Positions 22,753 through 32,477 of a DNA stretch of 64,000 nucleotides are shown here, piece by piece. How positions within the stretch are numbered: position 1 is the stretch's first letter; each line of letters opens with the position of its first letter. The position numbers and the translations under genes are program-made. The notes beneath the pieces are model-generated. The model had not been told where the DNA came from. It searched no databases and was given only the letters and a program-made list of their open reading frames with translations. The DNA is taken from positions 3,712,001-3,776,000 of the forward strand of contig OZ244561.1 in NCBI GenBank assembly GCA_965217585.1, read 5' to 3'. The stretch is from Candidatus Latescibacterota bacterium. GTDB lineage: Bacteria > Latescibacterota > UBA2968 > UBA8231.

Positions 22753-24966
22753 TCAACCGCCGAAAATTTGTTCGATCTGGGCTTCCATTTCCCGGCGTGC
22801 TACCCTTTCCATGCGATAGGCGCGCTGACTGAGGCTAAAGGCCGCGAATTGGGCGTCCGCGTCGGCTTGGCGTCCGGTGCGTTGGTAGAGGTGCCCGAGG
22901 AATAGATGGGCTTGGTAGTCGCGCGGAGCGATCTGGAGCAAATGCTCAAACAGGGTCACGGCCTCTGCATAGCGCCCTTGGCGGGCGTAGAGCATCCCCA
23001 AGCTCCAATGGGGATGCGCGGCCTTGGGGTCGAGCGCGATGGCGCGGCGCAAAAGTCTTTCGGCCTCGGCTAACTGGCTCGTTTGCCCGAGGGCCATGCC
23101 CGTCCCTTGTTCGAGTTGGATGAGCAAGTCGGCGAGGCGGGTTGGGTACTCGGGAATGTGCGGTTCGCGCTGCACGAGTTGTTCAAACTCGGCGATGGCC
23201 TCGCGATTTTGCCCTTGCTCGGCGTACAGGCGAGCAAGTTGATAGCGCACGAGCGTCGAGTCCGGGTTCAGTTCGAGCGTACGGCTATAAGCTCGGGCTG
23301 CGCGCTGGGGTTGGTCCGTCATTAGAAGGGCGTAGCCGAGGCCGCCGTGCGCCGCTGCCCAGTTGGGACGCGCCGCTGTGATCTCAGAGTACGAGGCCGC
23401 GGCCTCGTCGTAGCGCCGAGCGAGCAACGCGGTGTGGCCGAGGAGAAAGCGCACGTCCGCGTCGTGGGGCCGCGTTTTAAGATAGCGCCGATAGAGGTCG
23501 ATGGCCTTGCCGTAGCGCTTGGCCTCGCCGTGGAGCGCCGCGAGCGCGAGAAGTGGCTCGGCGAAGTCGGGGTCGCGGGCCATGGCGCGGCGGTAGTGGC
23601 GGGCGGCGTGGGCCGGCATGTCCCGTTCCTCGTAGGCGTAGCCGAGATAGTAGTGCTCGTGGGCATCGCCCTCTAGGTCCATCGCGCCCGTGGCCACATT
23701 GCAAAAGACCAAGAGGGCGGCAAAGGCGGCGAGCGCGGGCCAAGGCCGGTGCCACAGGGCGCGCACCCCACAAGCCGCAAACAGCAACAGCACGGGCACG
23801 GCCGGCAGGCGATAGCGCCCGGTGACGAAAAACAGCACCACGGAAAGCGCGTAGCAAGCCACAAAGAGCGCGAGCAAGCGCCCCTCGGGAGGCTCGGGGG
23901 AGCGCAGAAAGGTAAAAAGCCCCATTAGGGCCAGCGGGGCGACCAAGCCGAAGGGAAACGCCAGCCCCTTTTTCCACAGCAGGATCGACAACAGCGAGGA
24001 GTCGTTGCGGGCAAAGTAGAGGTCGCGGTTGCGCGGGATTTCGTCGCCGCGCAGGAACAGATAGCCCTTGTAGGCCAGCAAGCCCAAGAAATTGAGCGGC
24101 TCGGAGGTTATGTACTGCCAAGATTGGGCAAAGAAATAGCGCGACTTGGCCGAAGGCTGCTCAATGCCGGCGCGGATTTCGGGCATTTCCACCAGCTCGG
24201 CCCAAGCTCGTCCCGGGCGGATGCGGGTCGTTTGCGCGTAGTCGGCGTTGTTGCCGATGTAAAAGTTGATGCCCGCGTTGTGCGAGATGAGCACTAGATC
24301 GTCGCCTACCGCCCAGTTGCGATACGCGACCGGCGCGATGACCAGCGCACAGCCCAAGAGCAGGAGAGCCGGTGGGCGGAATCGCCGCTGCCGCCAGTAG
24401 AAATAGCCCAACAGCACGAGCGCGAAGAGCAGCACATTGGCCACGGCGAGCGCGGACAGGCCCAGCAGCACACCGGCTGCCAGCGCGCGCGCCCAACCGC
24501 CCTCGCCGACTACGAGCAACAGAACGAGCAAGTTGAGGCAACAGGCCAGCAGGGTTGGCAGCAACTCGCCGCCAAAATAGATGAGGGGTCCGTACAACGC
24601 CGCGGCAAAACCCGCGCCTAGCCCGACCCCCGCGCCAAAGACCCGGTACCCCAACAGGCAGATGAGGACGCAGACGAGTGCGCCCATGACGGCTTGGATG
24701 AGTCGCGGCAGGTAGAGGTCGTCCCCAGCGACGGCAAAGAGGACGCCGAGCAGCACTGGGTAGAGCGGCGGTTGCCAGAAGGGCGCGGGCCGACCGGCAA
24801 AGGAGACGTCGCTTAGGTAGCGAGCGTCCTCGGCATAGGTGCGGGCATCGACGACGGGTGCGGTGAAAAGCGGGCTGGCGCGTATTTCGTGGAGGTAATA
24901 CAGGCGCGCTGAGAGGGCGAGCGCGAAGACGGCCACCACCCCCATGAACATCCAGCGTCTAGCCAT
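22753..24966 (-). CDS. GT-C fold membrane glycosyltransferase (PMT/ArnT-like) with C-terminal TPRs
   Basis: VVDARTY, PFWQPPLYP, many TM segments, RYRLP, then TPR repeats. Confidence 0.8.
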   Translation of the reverse strand: MARRWMFMGVVAVFALALSARLYYLHEIRASPLFTAPVVDARTYAEDARYLSDVSFAGRPAPFWQPPLYPVLLGVLFAVAGDDLYLPRLIQAVMGALVCVLICLLGYRVFGAGVGLGAGFAAALYGPLIYFGGELLPTLLACCLNLLVLLLVVGEGGWARALAAGVLLGLSALAVANVLLFALVLLGYFYWRQRRFRPPALLLLGCALVIAPVAYRNWAVGDDLVLISHNAGINFYIGNNADYAQTTRIRPGRAWAELVEMPEIRAGIEQPSAKSRYFFAQSWQYITSEPLNFLGLLAYKGYLFLRGDEIPRNRDLYFARNDSSLLSILLWKKGLAFPFGLVAPLALMGLFTFLRSPEPPEGRLLALFVACYALSVVLFFVTGRYRLPAVPVLLLFAACGVRALWHRPWPALAAFAALLVFCNVATGAMDLEGDAHEHYYLGYAYEERDMPAHAARHYRRAMARDPDFAEPLLALAALHGEAKRYGKAIDLYRRYLKTRPHDADVRFLLGHTALLARRYDEAAASYSEITAARPNWAAAHGGLGYALLMTDQPQRAARAYSRTLELNPDSTLVRYQLARLYAEQGQNREAIAEFEQLVQREPHIPEYPTRLADLLIQLEQGTGMALGQTSQLAEAERLLRRAIALDPKAAHPHWSLGMLYARQGRYAEAVTLFEHLLQIAPRDYQAHLFLGHLYQRTGRQADADAQFAAFSLSQRAYRMERVARREMEAQIEQIFGG

Positions 24967-25081
24967 ATAGCAATCCTACATCATTCATAAGATGATCCGC
25001 AGATGGACGCAGACAGACGCAGAATAGTAGGAACAAGACGATCCACCGCTCGAACCGTTCAAGTCATGCCGGATTGCTATA

Positions 25082-27745
25082 TCATTGCAAGCCCGCGTAG
25101 ATGGAAATAAAGATCTGGTTAATAATCACGGCGTCCTCGCCCCGGGGCTGGCGGCGGTCGATTTTCATCCCCGCATGAGTCGTGACCTTGTAGCCGAGAT
25201 AATCGGAGGTATTGGCTAGCTGCAAGGCCCAGACTAGGCCGTTGAAGTCGTTGGAGTCGCGCTTCATGTCGTTGAGGAAGGTCAGCTCCAGCCCGCTCAG
25301 CAGGGTCGTGTGGCTGAGCAGGGGAAAGCCAAGGACGAAGCCGCCGATCTCGGCCAACTCGGTGCGTGCGTCAGCCGAAATTAGGTCGCGGCTCTGGTGG
25401 CGATACTCGCTTTTCCAGCGCGGCTCCAGCCACAGGTGCCCAAAATCGAAGCGGTAGCTGATTTTGTTGATTAGGCCAAAGAAAAAGTCGCGCTCGCGCA
25501 GGCCCAACAGCGCGCGCTCATTGGCGCTGAGCCGCTGGTGATAGAGGTCGTATTTGAGGTAATTGGCCGTCAGCAGGCCGCGCAGCTTGTAGTCGTGGCC
25601 GATCCACAGGCTGTTGATCCAAGCGTCGCGGGCGATGAGGGGATCCTCGACTTTGGTTGGTTCGCCGGTGCGGATATTGGCGTTGGGCAGCCACTGCAAG
25701 AGGTCGTCGGGAATGTCGTCGGTGGTGGATTTGAGCATCTCAAAGGCGCGGAAGCGACCCCAAGAAGGGTGGTGGTAGTCGAGAGTTAGCAGGGCGTAAT
25801 TGGCGTGGTTTTTCTGGTTGGAAGAAATGAGGCCCTCGCGCAAGACGCCGACCATCAGCCGCACCTCCGGGGTGAAGTGGACGCCGCCGTAGGCGTTGTA
25901 CCCGCGGTGATCCTTATTGTAGGGGTAGTCGGGCAGTTCGTCGTTTTCAAAGCGATCGACCCACAGGTTGTTGTTCAAGTCGATGCCGAAGAGGAATTCG
26001 GGCCGATCGACGTTGTGGCGCAAAAACGGCTCCTCGTAGTCCGGGATGAGGTTACTCAAGAAGCGGTTGTCGTTCTGGTTGAAATCCGAGATGAAGTCGT
26101 TGTTCTCGTCCCAGCCGGGGAAGACGCTCGGATCGCCCACCTGCCAGTCCTTGCGCACTGTGTCGGGAAATTCGTCTTGGTCGTCGTTGTCCTCGACCAG
26201 CTCGACGACGTGGATGCGTTCGTCCTCGTAGTCGATAAAGCCATCGCCTTGGGCGGTGAACGTGCGGGTGGAGTAGCGAGGATCCATGCTGTATGCCTCG
26301 CCGAAGAAGAAGAAGGGAAACGCGACCCGCGAGAGGTTCATCATCCACGCGGCCGCGGCGCGGTCGCCGCGGATGCCCGAGAAGGTGGTGTGGGTTTTGG
26401 CGACTACATTGGGATATTTGGTGTAGCTGTAGCTGAGATCGTACTCGCCGTAGAAGTCGAAGCCGAGGACCTTTTGCAACTCTATGGTTGCTCCCCAGAT
26501 CTGGGTGGAAGTCGGCAGGCCGTAGTCGAAACTGACGATCTGCAAATTGGTGTTGTCTTGGACATTGCCCTCGGCTTGGGCGACGAGCAAGAGCACGGAT
26601 TCGCCGCTGAAGTTGAGCTGGCTGTCGGAGGTGACCCAGACCTGATAGTCGTTGCCCAGCACGAGGCGGAACTCGACCTTTTTGATTTCTTCTTTGGTGC
26701 CCGAGGCGCGGTTGACAAAGGCCGGGCTGTCAAAGTCGTAGCGCAGGCGGATCTCCTCGACGCCATCGGCCGAGAGAAAGCCCTCCCCCACGAGGCCGCC
26801 CTCGACGATCGGCTCAAAGCGAATGGCCTTGCCATTGTCTTGAGTTCCGTCGAGATAGGTGATAATGATGTCCGAACCGGCACTGAAGAAGGCCGCGCCG
26901 CCGACGCCGTCCTCGGGGCTGTCGTCGCGCAAGACGATCTCGATGATCGAGACGGTCTGGTTCTGATCGACTGTAAGCTCACCGGTGAAGGGGTTGCCGG
27001 TAAAGCCGTCGATGAGGGTGTTGGACTGGTGGGCGTTGACCATGGTCAGCCCTATGGTGGCGAAGTCGCCCACCTGCGCGGTGGTGCGGCTGCCGAACAT
27101 AGATGTTTCGTTGGTGACCAAGCTCTCTTGATCGTTGGTTGACGTGCCACCGGGGCGGCTGATACGCGAGTAGATCAGGGTGCCTTGGTATTTGTCGGCC
27201 GCGTAGTCGAATTGAATGCCGTCCCAGCGCGGCTTGGAGAAGGTCATCGGCGTCAGGGTCGAGCGGATCTTGGTGCCGGCCGTCAGGGCGTAGTGGTGCT
27301 GGCCCTTGGAGTCGGCCGAGATGACCAAGCCGCTAAACCACCCCTCGAAATTTCTGGACTTCAGCACAGAAGAGCCAAACTGCCGAGGCTGGGTCTGCGA
27401 GTTGTTGAAAATCAGCCAGCCCCGGGTGATGAGGTTGCCGTAGAGGTCGTAGTAGTAATCGCCCTCGCGGATGGCGCTGACGTAGCGCTGGTAGTGATCG
27501 CGGGCGTAGTTGGAGTATTCCCACTGTCGCCACTGGTATTCGTTAAAAAGCTCCTGTGGCACGTACCACCTGCGCTTGGCCGGGTCGAGGGCGCCGAACA
27601 GGACGCCGGGCCCCTGTGGCTCAAAGGAAACCACCCCGCCCCTTTTGACCGTGCCGGTGCGAGCGCCGTATTCCTGGGCTTCGGCAGCAGCACTGCCGAG
27701 CCACAGGATGGCTATTGCCGTCCAGAATATCCATCTCCGGTTCAT
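25082..27745 (-). CDS. ~890-aa secreted putative outer-membrane protein with acidic insert (paralog 1)
   Basis: AGGAGG RBS and signal peptide. DDSPEDG and DNDD..PD / GIDLNNN / PDYPY motifs shared with the genes at 40208, 43091 and 45925. Amphipathic C-terminal strand. Confidence 0.7.
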   Translation of the reverse strand: MNRRWIFWTAIAILWLGSAAAEAQEYGARTGTVKRGGVVSFEPQGPGVLFGALDPAKRRWYVPQELFNEYQWRQWEYSNYARDHYQRYVSAIREGDYYYDLYGNLITRGWLIFNNSQTQPRQFGSSVLKSRNFEGWFSGLVISADSKGQHHYALTAGTKIRSTLTPMTFSKPRWDGIQFDYAADKYQGTLIYSRISRPGGTSTNDQESLVTNETSMFGSRTTAQVGDFATIGLTMVNAHQSNTLIDGFTGNPFTGELTVDQNQTVSIIEIVLRDDSPEDGVGGAAFFSAGSDIIITYLDGTQDNGKAIRFEPIVEGGLVGEGFLSADGVEEIRLRYDFDSPAFVNRASGTKEEIKKVEFRLVLGNDYQVWVTSDSQLNFSGESVLLLVAQAEGNVQDNTNLQIVSFDYGLPTSTQIWGATIELQKVLGFDFYGEYDLSYSYTKYPNVVAKTHTTFSGIRGDRAAAAWMMNLSRVAFPFFFFGEAYSMDPRYSTRTFTAQGDGFIDYEDERIHVVELVEDNDDQDEFPDTVRKDWQVGDPSVFPGWDENNDFISDFNQNDNRFLSNLIPDYEEPFLRHNVDRPEFLFGIDLNNNLWVDRFENDELPDYPYNKDHRGYNAYGGVHFTPEVRLMVGVLREGLISSNQKNHANYALLTLDYHHPSWGRFRAFEMLKSTTDDIPDDLLQWLPNANIRTGEPTKVEDPLIARDAWINSLWIGHDYKLRGLLTANYLKYDLYHQRLSANERALLGLRERDFFFGLINKISYRFDFGHLWLEPRWKSEYRHQSRDLISADARTELAEIGGFVLGFPLLSHTTLLSGLELTFLNDMKRDSNDFNGLVWALQLANTSDYLGYKVTTHAGMKIDRRQPRGEDAVIINQIFISIYAGLQ

Positions 27746-27800
27746 GCAATCCCTCCTAAGGTGCGTCAATGATAATCGGCCCCGGGCGTTCCAGCAATAA

Positions 27801-30800
27801 CTAGTAGGCCACGGCGATAAGCCGCGCTTGGGTCGTCGGGTGCCCTGCGGCGTCGGCGTCGAGTTGGACTTGGCACAGATACAGCCCGGGCGGTGCTTGG
27901 CGGCCGCGGTCATCGAGGCCGTCCCAACGCACGGTGGTGCGGCCGCTTAGCACCATCTCCTCGCGCTGCCAAATCGGTCGCCCATCGAGCGCGTAAATCC
28001 GCACTTGGAGGCGGCGGCTGGAAGTGAGCTTGAAGATATCCAGCGAGATTTCAGCCGCGTCGTTGATCCCGTCGCCGTTGGGGGTAAAGGGGTTGGGACC
28101 GACTGCGAGGCCATGGAGAAGGCCGCTATCGATGGGGACCTTGATTGCTAGCGTGTTGCTGCCGACACTTTCGTCGGCGTTGCCCGCTTCAACGGCCTGC
28201 CACGCCACTTCGGCGTCGGCGCTCGCTGCATGGCGCACGAACAGGCGCAAGGTCGTACCGTTGAGAAAGACCGGTGCTGAAAGGCGCAGGCGAAAGCGCT
28301 GGCCCGGCCCGGTCACAATGCCGCGATTAGTCGAAGAGAGGCGGTTGTACGCTGCCGAGTCGAGCGAGTCGCCTCGCGCGTCAAAGGGAAACTGGGCCCC
28401 ATCGCCACGCAGAATGCGGAAGTAGCGGACGGGGCCTTGCTCTTCGCTGGGCAGGTCGCCGTAGCTGGTTTGGTCGATCTCGCTGAGCCGGTCGCCATTG
28501 CGGCGGAAATAGCGGATGGCCCCTCGTTCGTCTTTGTCGAGGGTCCCGTACGCCGCGGCCGTAAGCGGCAGGCCGTCTTGGGTCACGGGTACCTCTTCGC
28601 CCTCGAGGGTAATGCGGTTGTACGTGCGGCTGGTCGCGGGCAGGATGTTGAGCGCGTCGTCTAGGCGCACCCAGATCGAGTCGCCGCCATTCGCTATAAG
28701 CGCGACTTGCGTCTGGTCGTCGGCCGAGAGCACGCCGCGCTCGGTCCCAAGGCGAAAGACCTGCTCGTCGTCCGGGCCGCCGATGCCAAACTCCACGAGT
28801 TCGAGGTTTTCCGAGGCCGGCATGGTCAGCAGGATTTCGTTGAAGCCAGAGCTGCGCGAGGCTGAGGGCGACTCGATGAAGTAGGGCTGGGCAAAGACGT
28901 CAAAGGTCTCCCGCTCACCGGAGGTCTCCACCGAGGCCGGCCACAGCTCGGCCGCGATGCGCTCAGCCACGGGATTGAGCAGTTCGACCGCGAGCGAGCG
29001 GATCGAAGCTGCGGCCTCGCGATCGGTGGTAATCATCTCGACTTGGAACTGCAAGAACTTGCGCAGGCCGGGGGAGGTGACGATGTCGCCGGGCTGCTGG
29101 TAGGCGCGGCTCCAAGGGCTCCAGCCGCTGGTGGGCACGAAGGTGGTGTCGGCTGGCCCCTTGAAGCTGCCCAAGAGGTTTTTCCAAGCGTCATAGGTGA
29201 TTTCGTTGCCCGAGCTATCGAAGTAGCGGATGACCTTGCCCAGCAGGTCGCCGGTGCGGGTGCGGATTGCGACGGTCGTGCCCGGGGGCGTTTCGGCTTC
29301 CCAAGTGATGGGCCCGAAGTTGCGCGCCCCAGGTAGCGCAATCAGATCGGAGGTCAGCTCTACTTGCGCGGGGTAGCCAGTGGAAAAAAGCTGGTACTCG
29401 ACGATGGTCGGTCCGGTGTTGTACCCACCTCGGCGGCGCGGGTCTGCCGAGATGATGCTTATTTCGAGGAAGCGGAGCTTGGGACTGGGAGTATAGGTGT
29501 CGATGATGTGCTCAAAGCGGTCGGTGCTGTTGTCCTCGCGGAAGCGGGGGCTGAGGCGCGCCCACTTGATCTTGCCGCGCGTGTCGCGCGAGCCGTCGGA
29601 GCCGCGGATTAAGTAGCCGTCGATAAAAGGCCGGGGCCGGGCCGAGGAAATGCGCATGACGTCGAGCCAAAACGACGCGCCCATGTCGACGGTGAGCACG
29701 CCGCGGTCGATGGTCGGCGACCAAACGAGGTGCAGGAAGCTGGTGCTGAAATCCCCATCAAAAGCCGGCCCTGGTATGAAGCCGTCGCCGGTCAGGTTGA
29801 GTTGACCGCCGCCGGCCACCAACCCGCTGCTGATGTTGTCGCCAAACCCGTACACCTCGATTCCGGCTAGGCGCGGTCGTTCGCGCCGGTAGTAATCCAA
29901 GCGGCCTTGGCGCTGGGGGTCGAGGCTTTCATAGACGGTGCGTTCGACCGGCTCTTCAAAGCCCTGTTCGTCGCGGATGAAATAGACAATTGCGCCGCGC
30001 TCGTCGGCTGGCAGGGCCTGCCATTCATCTTCGCTGGTCGGCTCGCCGCGCTGGCCGCGGGTATCGCTGACCACGATGCGGATGGTCTGCACCAGCCTGC
30101 CCTGCCAGTCGGGGTCGGCTTTGAGCTGTTCGAGACCGATGCGAAAGGTGCGCTGGTCGCGGTTGGGGGCCTTGGTGTTGGCGATTCGTTCAAAGGTGAT
30201 TTTGTCGGCGTTTTCCTGCACCGGCTCTTGGTCGGGCGCGGCGAGGACGCGGAACTGGAAGAAGGGGTCGCCTAGCTCTTCCTCGACGAAGTGGATGACG
30301 AGGGAATCGACCGCCACGACGCGGCCCAAGTCCATTTCGATCCACCAGTCGTCGAGTGGTGCCTGCGGGTCGGGCTCCCAAAAGGTGGTTGGATCGTCGT
30401 CGAGGATGTGGGCGGCCGCGGCCTCATTCGAGCCGACGCGGCTGATACCTGGGCGAAAGAAATAGGAGTAGATGGGGTTGCCCTTGCGGTCGAGGATGAC
30501 CTCGCCTTTCACGTCGCGGGTTTGGGTACTGTCGATGTTGAGGATGGCGTTCTGGTTGCGGCGGCGACGCAGATCCACGATGGGGCGGGTGAAGGTCTCT
30601 AGATCGTCGAGCAAGTTGAAATGCGCGCGGAAAAAGTGCGGCTCGACGGTGCCGTCCGGCGACACCTTCACGGCGTGGATAGGTAGCTGCCAATTGTGCC
30701 AGTGCGCGGCCCTATTGACCACTACGGAGCGGCTGGTGACGCGGTGGCCCTTTTGGGCGTGAGCTGCGACCAGCGGTGCCAAGCAGATGCCTATAAACAC

Positions 30801-30812
30801 TAAGAGTCTCAT
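27801..30812 (-). CDS. Secreted protein with C-terminal FlgD Ig-like / T9SS-B-like domain (paralog 3)
   Basis: Signal peptide, discoidin-like segments (DDDPTTFW, DLGRVV), RTRTG, WSPWS, PNPFTPNGDGIND, ends AVAY. Confidence 0.8.
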   Translation of the reverse strand: MRLLVFIGICLAPLVAAHAQKGHRVTSRSVVVNRAAHWHNWQLPIHAVKVSPDGTVEPHFFRAHFNLLDDLETFTRPIVDLRRRRNQNAILNIDSTQTRDVKGEVILDRKGNPIYSYFFRPGISRVGSNEAAAAHILDDDPTTFWEPDPQAPLDDWWIEMDLGRVVAVDSLVIHFVEEELGDPFFQFRVLAAPDQEPVQENADKITFERIANTKAPNRDQRTFRIGLEQLKADPDWQGRLVQTIRIVVSDTRGQRGEPTSEDEWQALPADERGAIVYFIRDEQGFEEPVERTVYESLDPQRQGRLDYYRRERPRLAGIEVYGFGDNISSGLVAGGGQLNLTGDGFIPGPAFDGDFSTSFLHLVWSPTIDRGVLTVDMGASFWLDVMRISSARPRPFIDGYLIRGSDGSRDTRGKIKWARLSPRFREDNSTDRFEHIIDTYTPSPKLRFLEISIISADPRRRGGYNTGPTIVEYQLFSTGYPAQVELTSDLIALPGARNFGPITWEAETPPGTTVAIRTRTGDLLGKVIRYFDSSGNEITYDAWKNLLGSFKGPADTTFVPTSGWSPWSRAYQQPGDIVTSPGLRKFLQFQVEMITTDREAAASIRSLAVELLNPVAERIAAELWPASVETSGERETFDVFAQPYFIESPSASRSSGFNEILLTMPASENLELVEFGIGGPDDEQVFRLGTERGVLSADDQTQVALIANGGDSIWVRLDDALNILPATSRTYNRITLEGEEVPVTQDGLPLTAAAYGTLDKDERGAIRYFRRNGDRLSEIDQTSYGDLPSEEQGPVRYFRILRGDGAQFPFDARGDSLDSAAYNRLSSTNRGIVTGPGQRFRLRLSAPVFLNGTTLRLFVRHAASADAEVAWQAVEAGNADESVGSNTLAIKVPIDSGLLHGLAVGPNPFTPNGDGINDAAEISLDIFKLTSSRRLQVRIYALDGRPIWQREEMVLSGRTTVRWDGLDDRGRQAPPGLYLCQVQLDADAAGHPTTQARLIAVAY

Positions 30813-30870
30813 GGTGGCCTCCTGAGAATCCGGTAGTGCGCCTCGCGTTGGGCGATGCGGATGCGGCCGG

Positions 30871-31020
30871 GAAAGGCGCTCATAGTTGAAGCAAATAGGT
30901 CGAGATGCCCGTCGTTGTCAAGATCGAAGAAGAAGCCACATACCCGCCTTCCACCGGGAAAAGGACTCCAGTGCGCTTGGCCACCTCGGCAAAGGTGCCG
31001 TCGCCGAGGTGGCGAAAGAG
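30871..31020 (-). pseudogene. Remnant of FG-GAP repeat (CRTAC1/ASPIC-UnbV-like) gene
   Basis: Minus strand reads LFRHLGDGTFAEVAKRTGV...GGYV, then after a 1-nt shift FFFDLDNDGHLDLFASTMS. No start codon. Confidence 0.7.
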
Positions 31021-31025
31021 GCAGC

Positions 31026-32474
31026 TTACGGCTCTTGGTCCAGTTCGCCTAGCTTGGCCCGGGCGCGCTGGTGATCCGGGGCGAGGGCGAGCACCTTTTG
31101 CAAGGCTTGCCGCGCTTGCTCCCGCTGTCCTTGCTGCATGAGGATCAGCGCCAACCCGTAGTGCGATTCCGCGTGGTCTGGGTCGAGGGCAATGCTGCGG
31201 GCGAAATGGGTGTGGGCATCGCGGTAGTTTGCTTGGCGGACGTAGGTCAGCCCGAGGACGTAGTGGGCGTCGCGGTGGTCGGGATTGCGGGCGAGGGCTT
31301 GGCGCAGCGCGGTGACGGCCCCGGCAAAGTCGCCGCTTTTGAACCGCGCGCGGCCCAAGCCATAGGCCGCGGCAAAGGAGTCGGGATCGATTGCCAAGGC
31401 GCGGGCAAAGTGCGCGTTGGCTTCTTTGAGTACGCCTTCGTGCAAGTACAGGTCGCCCAGCATGATGTAGGCGTCGCGGTGGTCGGGCTCGCGGGCGAGG
31501 ACTTGCTCCAGCGCGGCGCGGGCGTCGGCAAAGTGCTTTTGCTGTGCGTACACGGTGGCGAGACGCAGGCGAATGTCCACGGAAGTAGAGTCGTTGGCGA
31601 GGGCGCGCTTTAGGGAGTCAATCGCCTTGTCCCACGCGCGTTGGCGGATGTAGATGTTGCCCTGATTGAGATGGCGTTCGGCCGTGCTCAAGCGCTGGAA
31701 GCGGCCCTGCGCGTTGCGGGCGTCGTCGGGGCGGTCGCGCTCGGCGTAGGCTTGGGCCAACAGGTAGTGGGGAGCGGGGTTGTGCGGCTCGGTGGCGGCG
31801 ACGCGCTCGAGCACGGGAATGGCCGCTGCGGGTTCTCCGAGGCGGATGAGCAAGCCGCCCAAGCCGAGACCGCCTTGGACGTGGTCGGGCGCGCGGGCGA
31901 GCAGGTCGGCAAAACCCGTGCGCGCTTGAGATAATTGCTGGTTGCGCACGAGGAGGTCGCTGTGGTAGTAGCGGGCCTCAAGATGGTCGGGCGCGAGTTC
32001 GATGGTGCGTTTGAAGGCCGCGAGCGCACCCGCAAAATCGCCCGTGGCGCGGCGCACTTCACCTAGATAGAAGTGATATTTGGCGCGCTCGGGCGCGCGG
32101 GCGATGGCCTGCTCCAGATAGGTAGCTGCCTCTAGATAGCGGTGCTGGTCACGCAGCACCGCGGCGAGGGCAAAGTGAGCACGGGGCTGGTCGGGCGTCA
32201 GGGCCAAGGCGCGTTTAAAGGCCGCAATGGCGTGCGCGGGTTGGTCGAGCCGAGCGTGGGCTAGTCCCTGCTGAAAATGGGCGGTGCTCGACGAGGAATC
32301 GAGCGCCACGGCCTGCGCGAGTGCCGCTAGGGCGCGGGCGGGCCGATCCTGTTGCAAGAAGAGCGTACCGCGTTGGAGCAAGCGGTGGGCTTCTGCGGGG
32401 CGCGCCGCATCTTGCGGATCGGGTTGGTCGGCGCAGGCGAGTGCGCCCAAAATCAGCAATAGGCGCGCGGTCAT
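31026..32474 (-). CDS. TPR repeat protein (possible lipoprotein)
   Basis: Many canonical TPRs. N-terminus LLLILGALAC. Confidence 0.88.
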   Translation of the reverse strand: MTARLLLILGALACADQPDPQDAARPAEAHRLLQRGTLFLQQDRPARALAALAQAVALDSSSSTAHFQQGLAHARLDQPAHAIAAFKRALALTPDQPRAHFALAAVLRDQHRYLEAATYLEQAIARAPERAKYHFYLGEVRRATGDFAGALAAFKRTIELAPDHLEARYYHSDLLVRNQQLSQARTGFADLLARAPDHVQGGLGLGGLLIRLGEPAAAIPVLERVAATEPHNPAPHYLLAQAYAERDRPDDARNAQGRFQRLSTAERHLNQGNIYIRQRAWDKAIDSLKRALANDSTSVDIRLRLATVYAQQKHFADARAALEQVLAREPDHRDAYIMLGDLYLHEGVLKEANAHFARALAIDPDSFAAAYGLGRARFKSGDFAGAVTALRQALARNPDHRDAHYVLGLTYVRQANYRDAHTHFARSIALDPDHAESHYGLALILMQQGQREQARQALQKVLALAPDHQRARAKLGELDQEP

Positions 32475-32477
32475 CGC

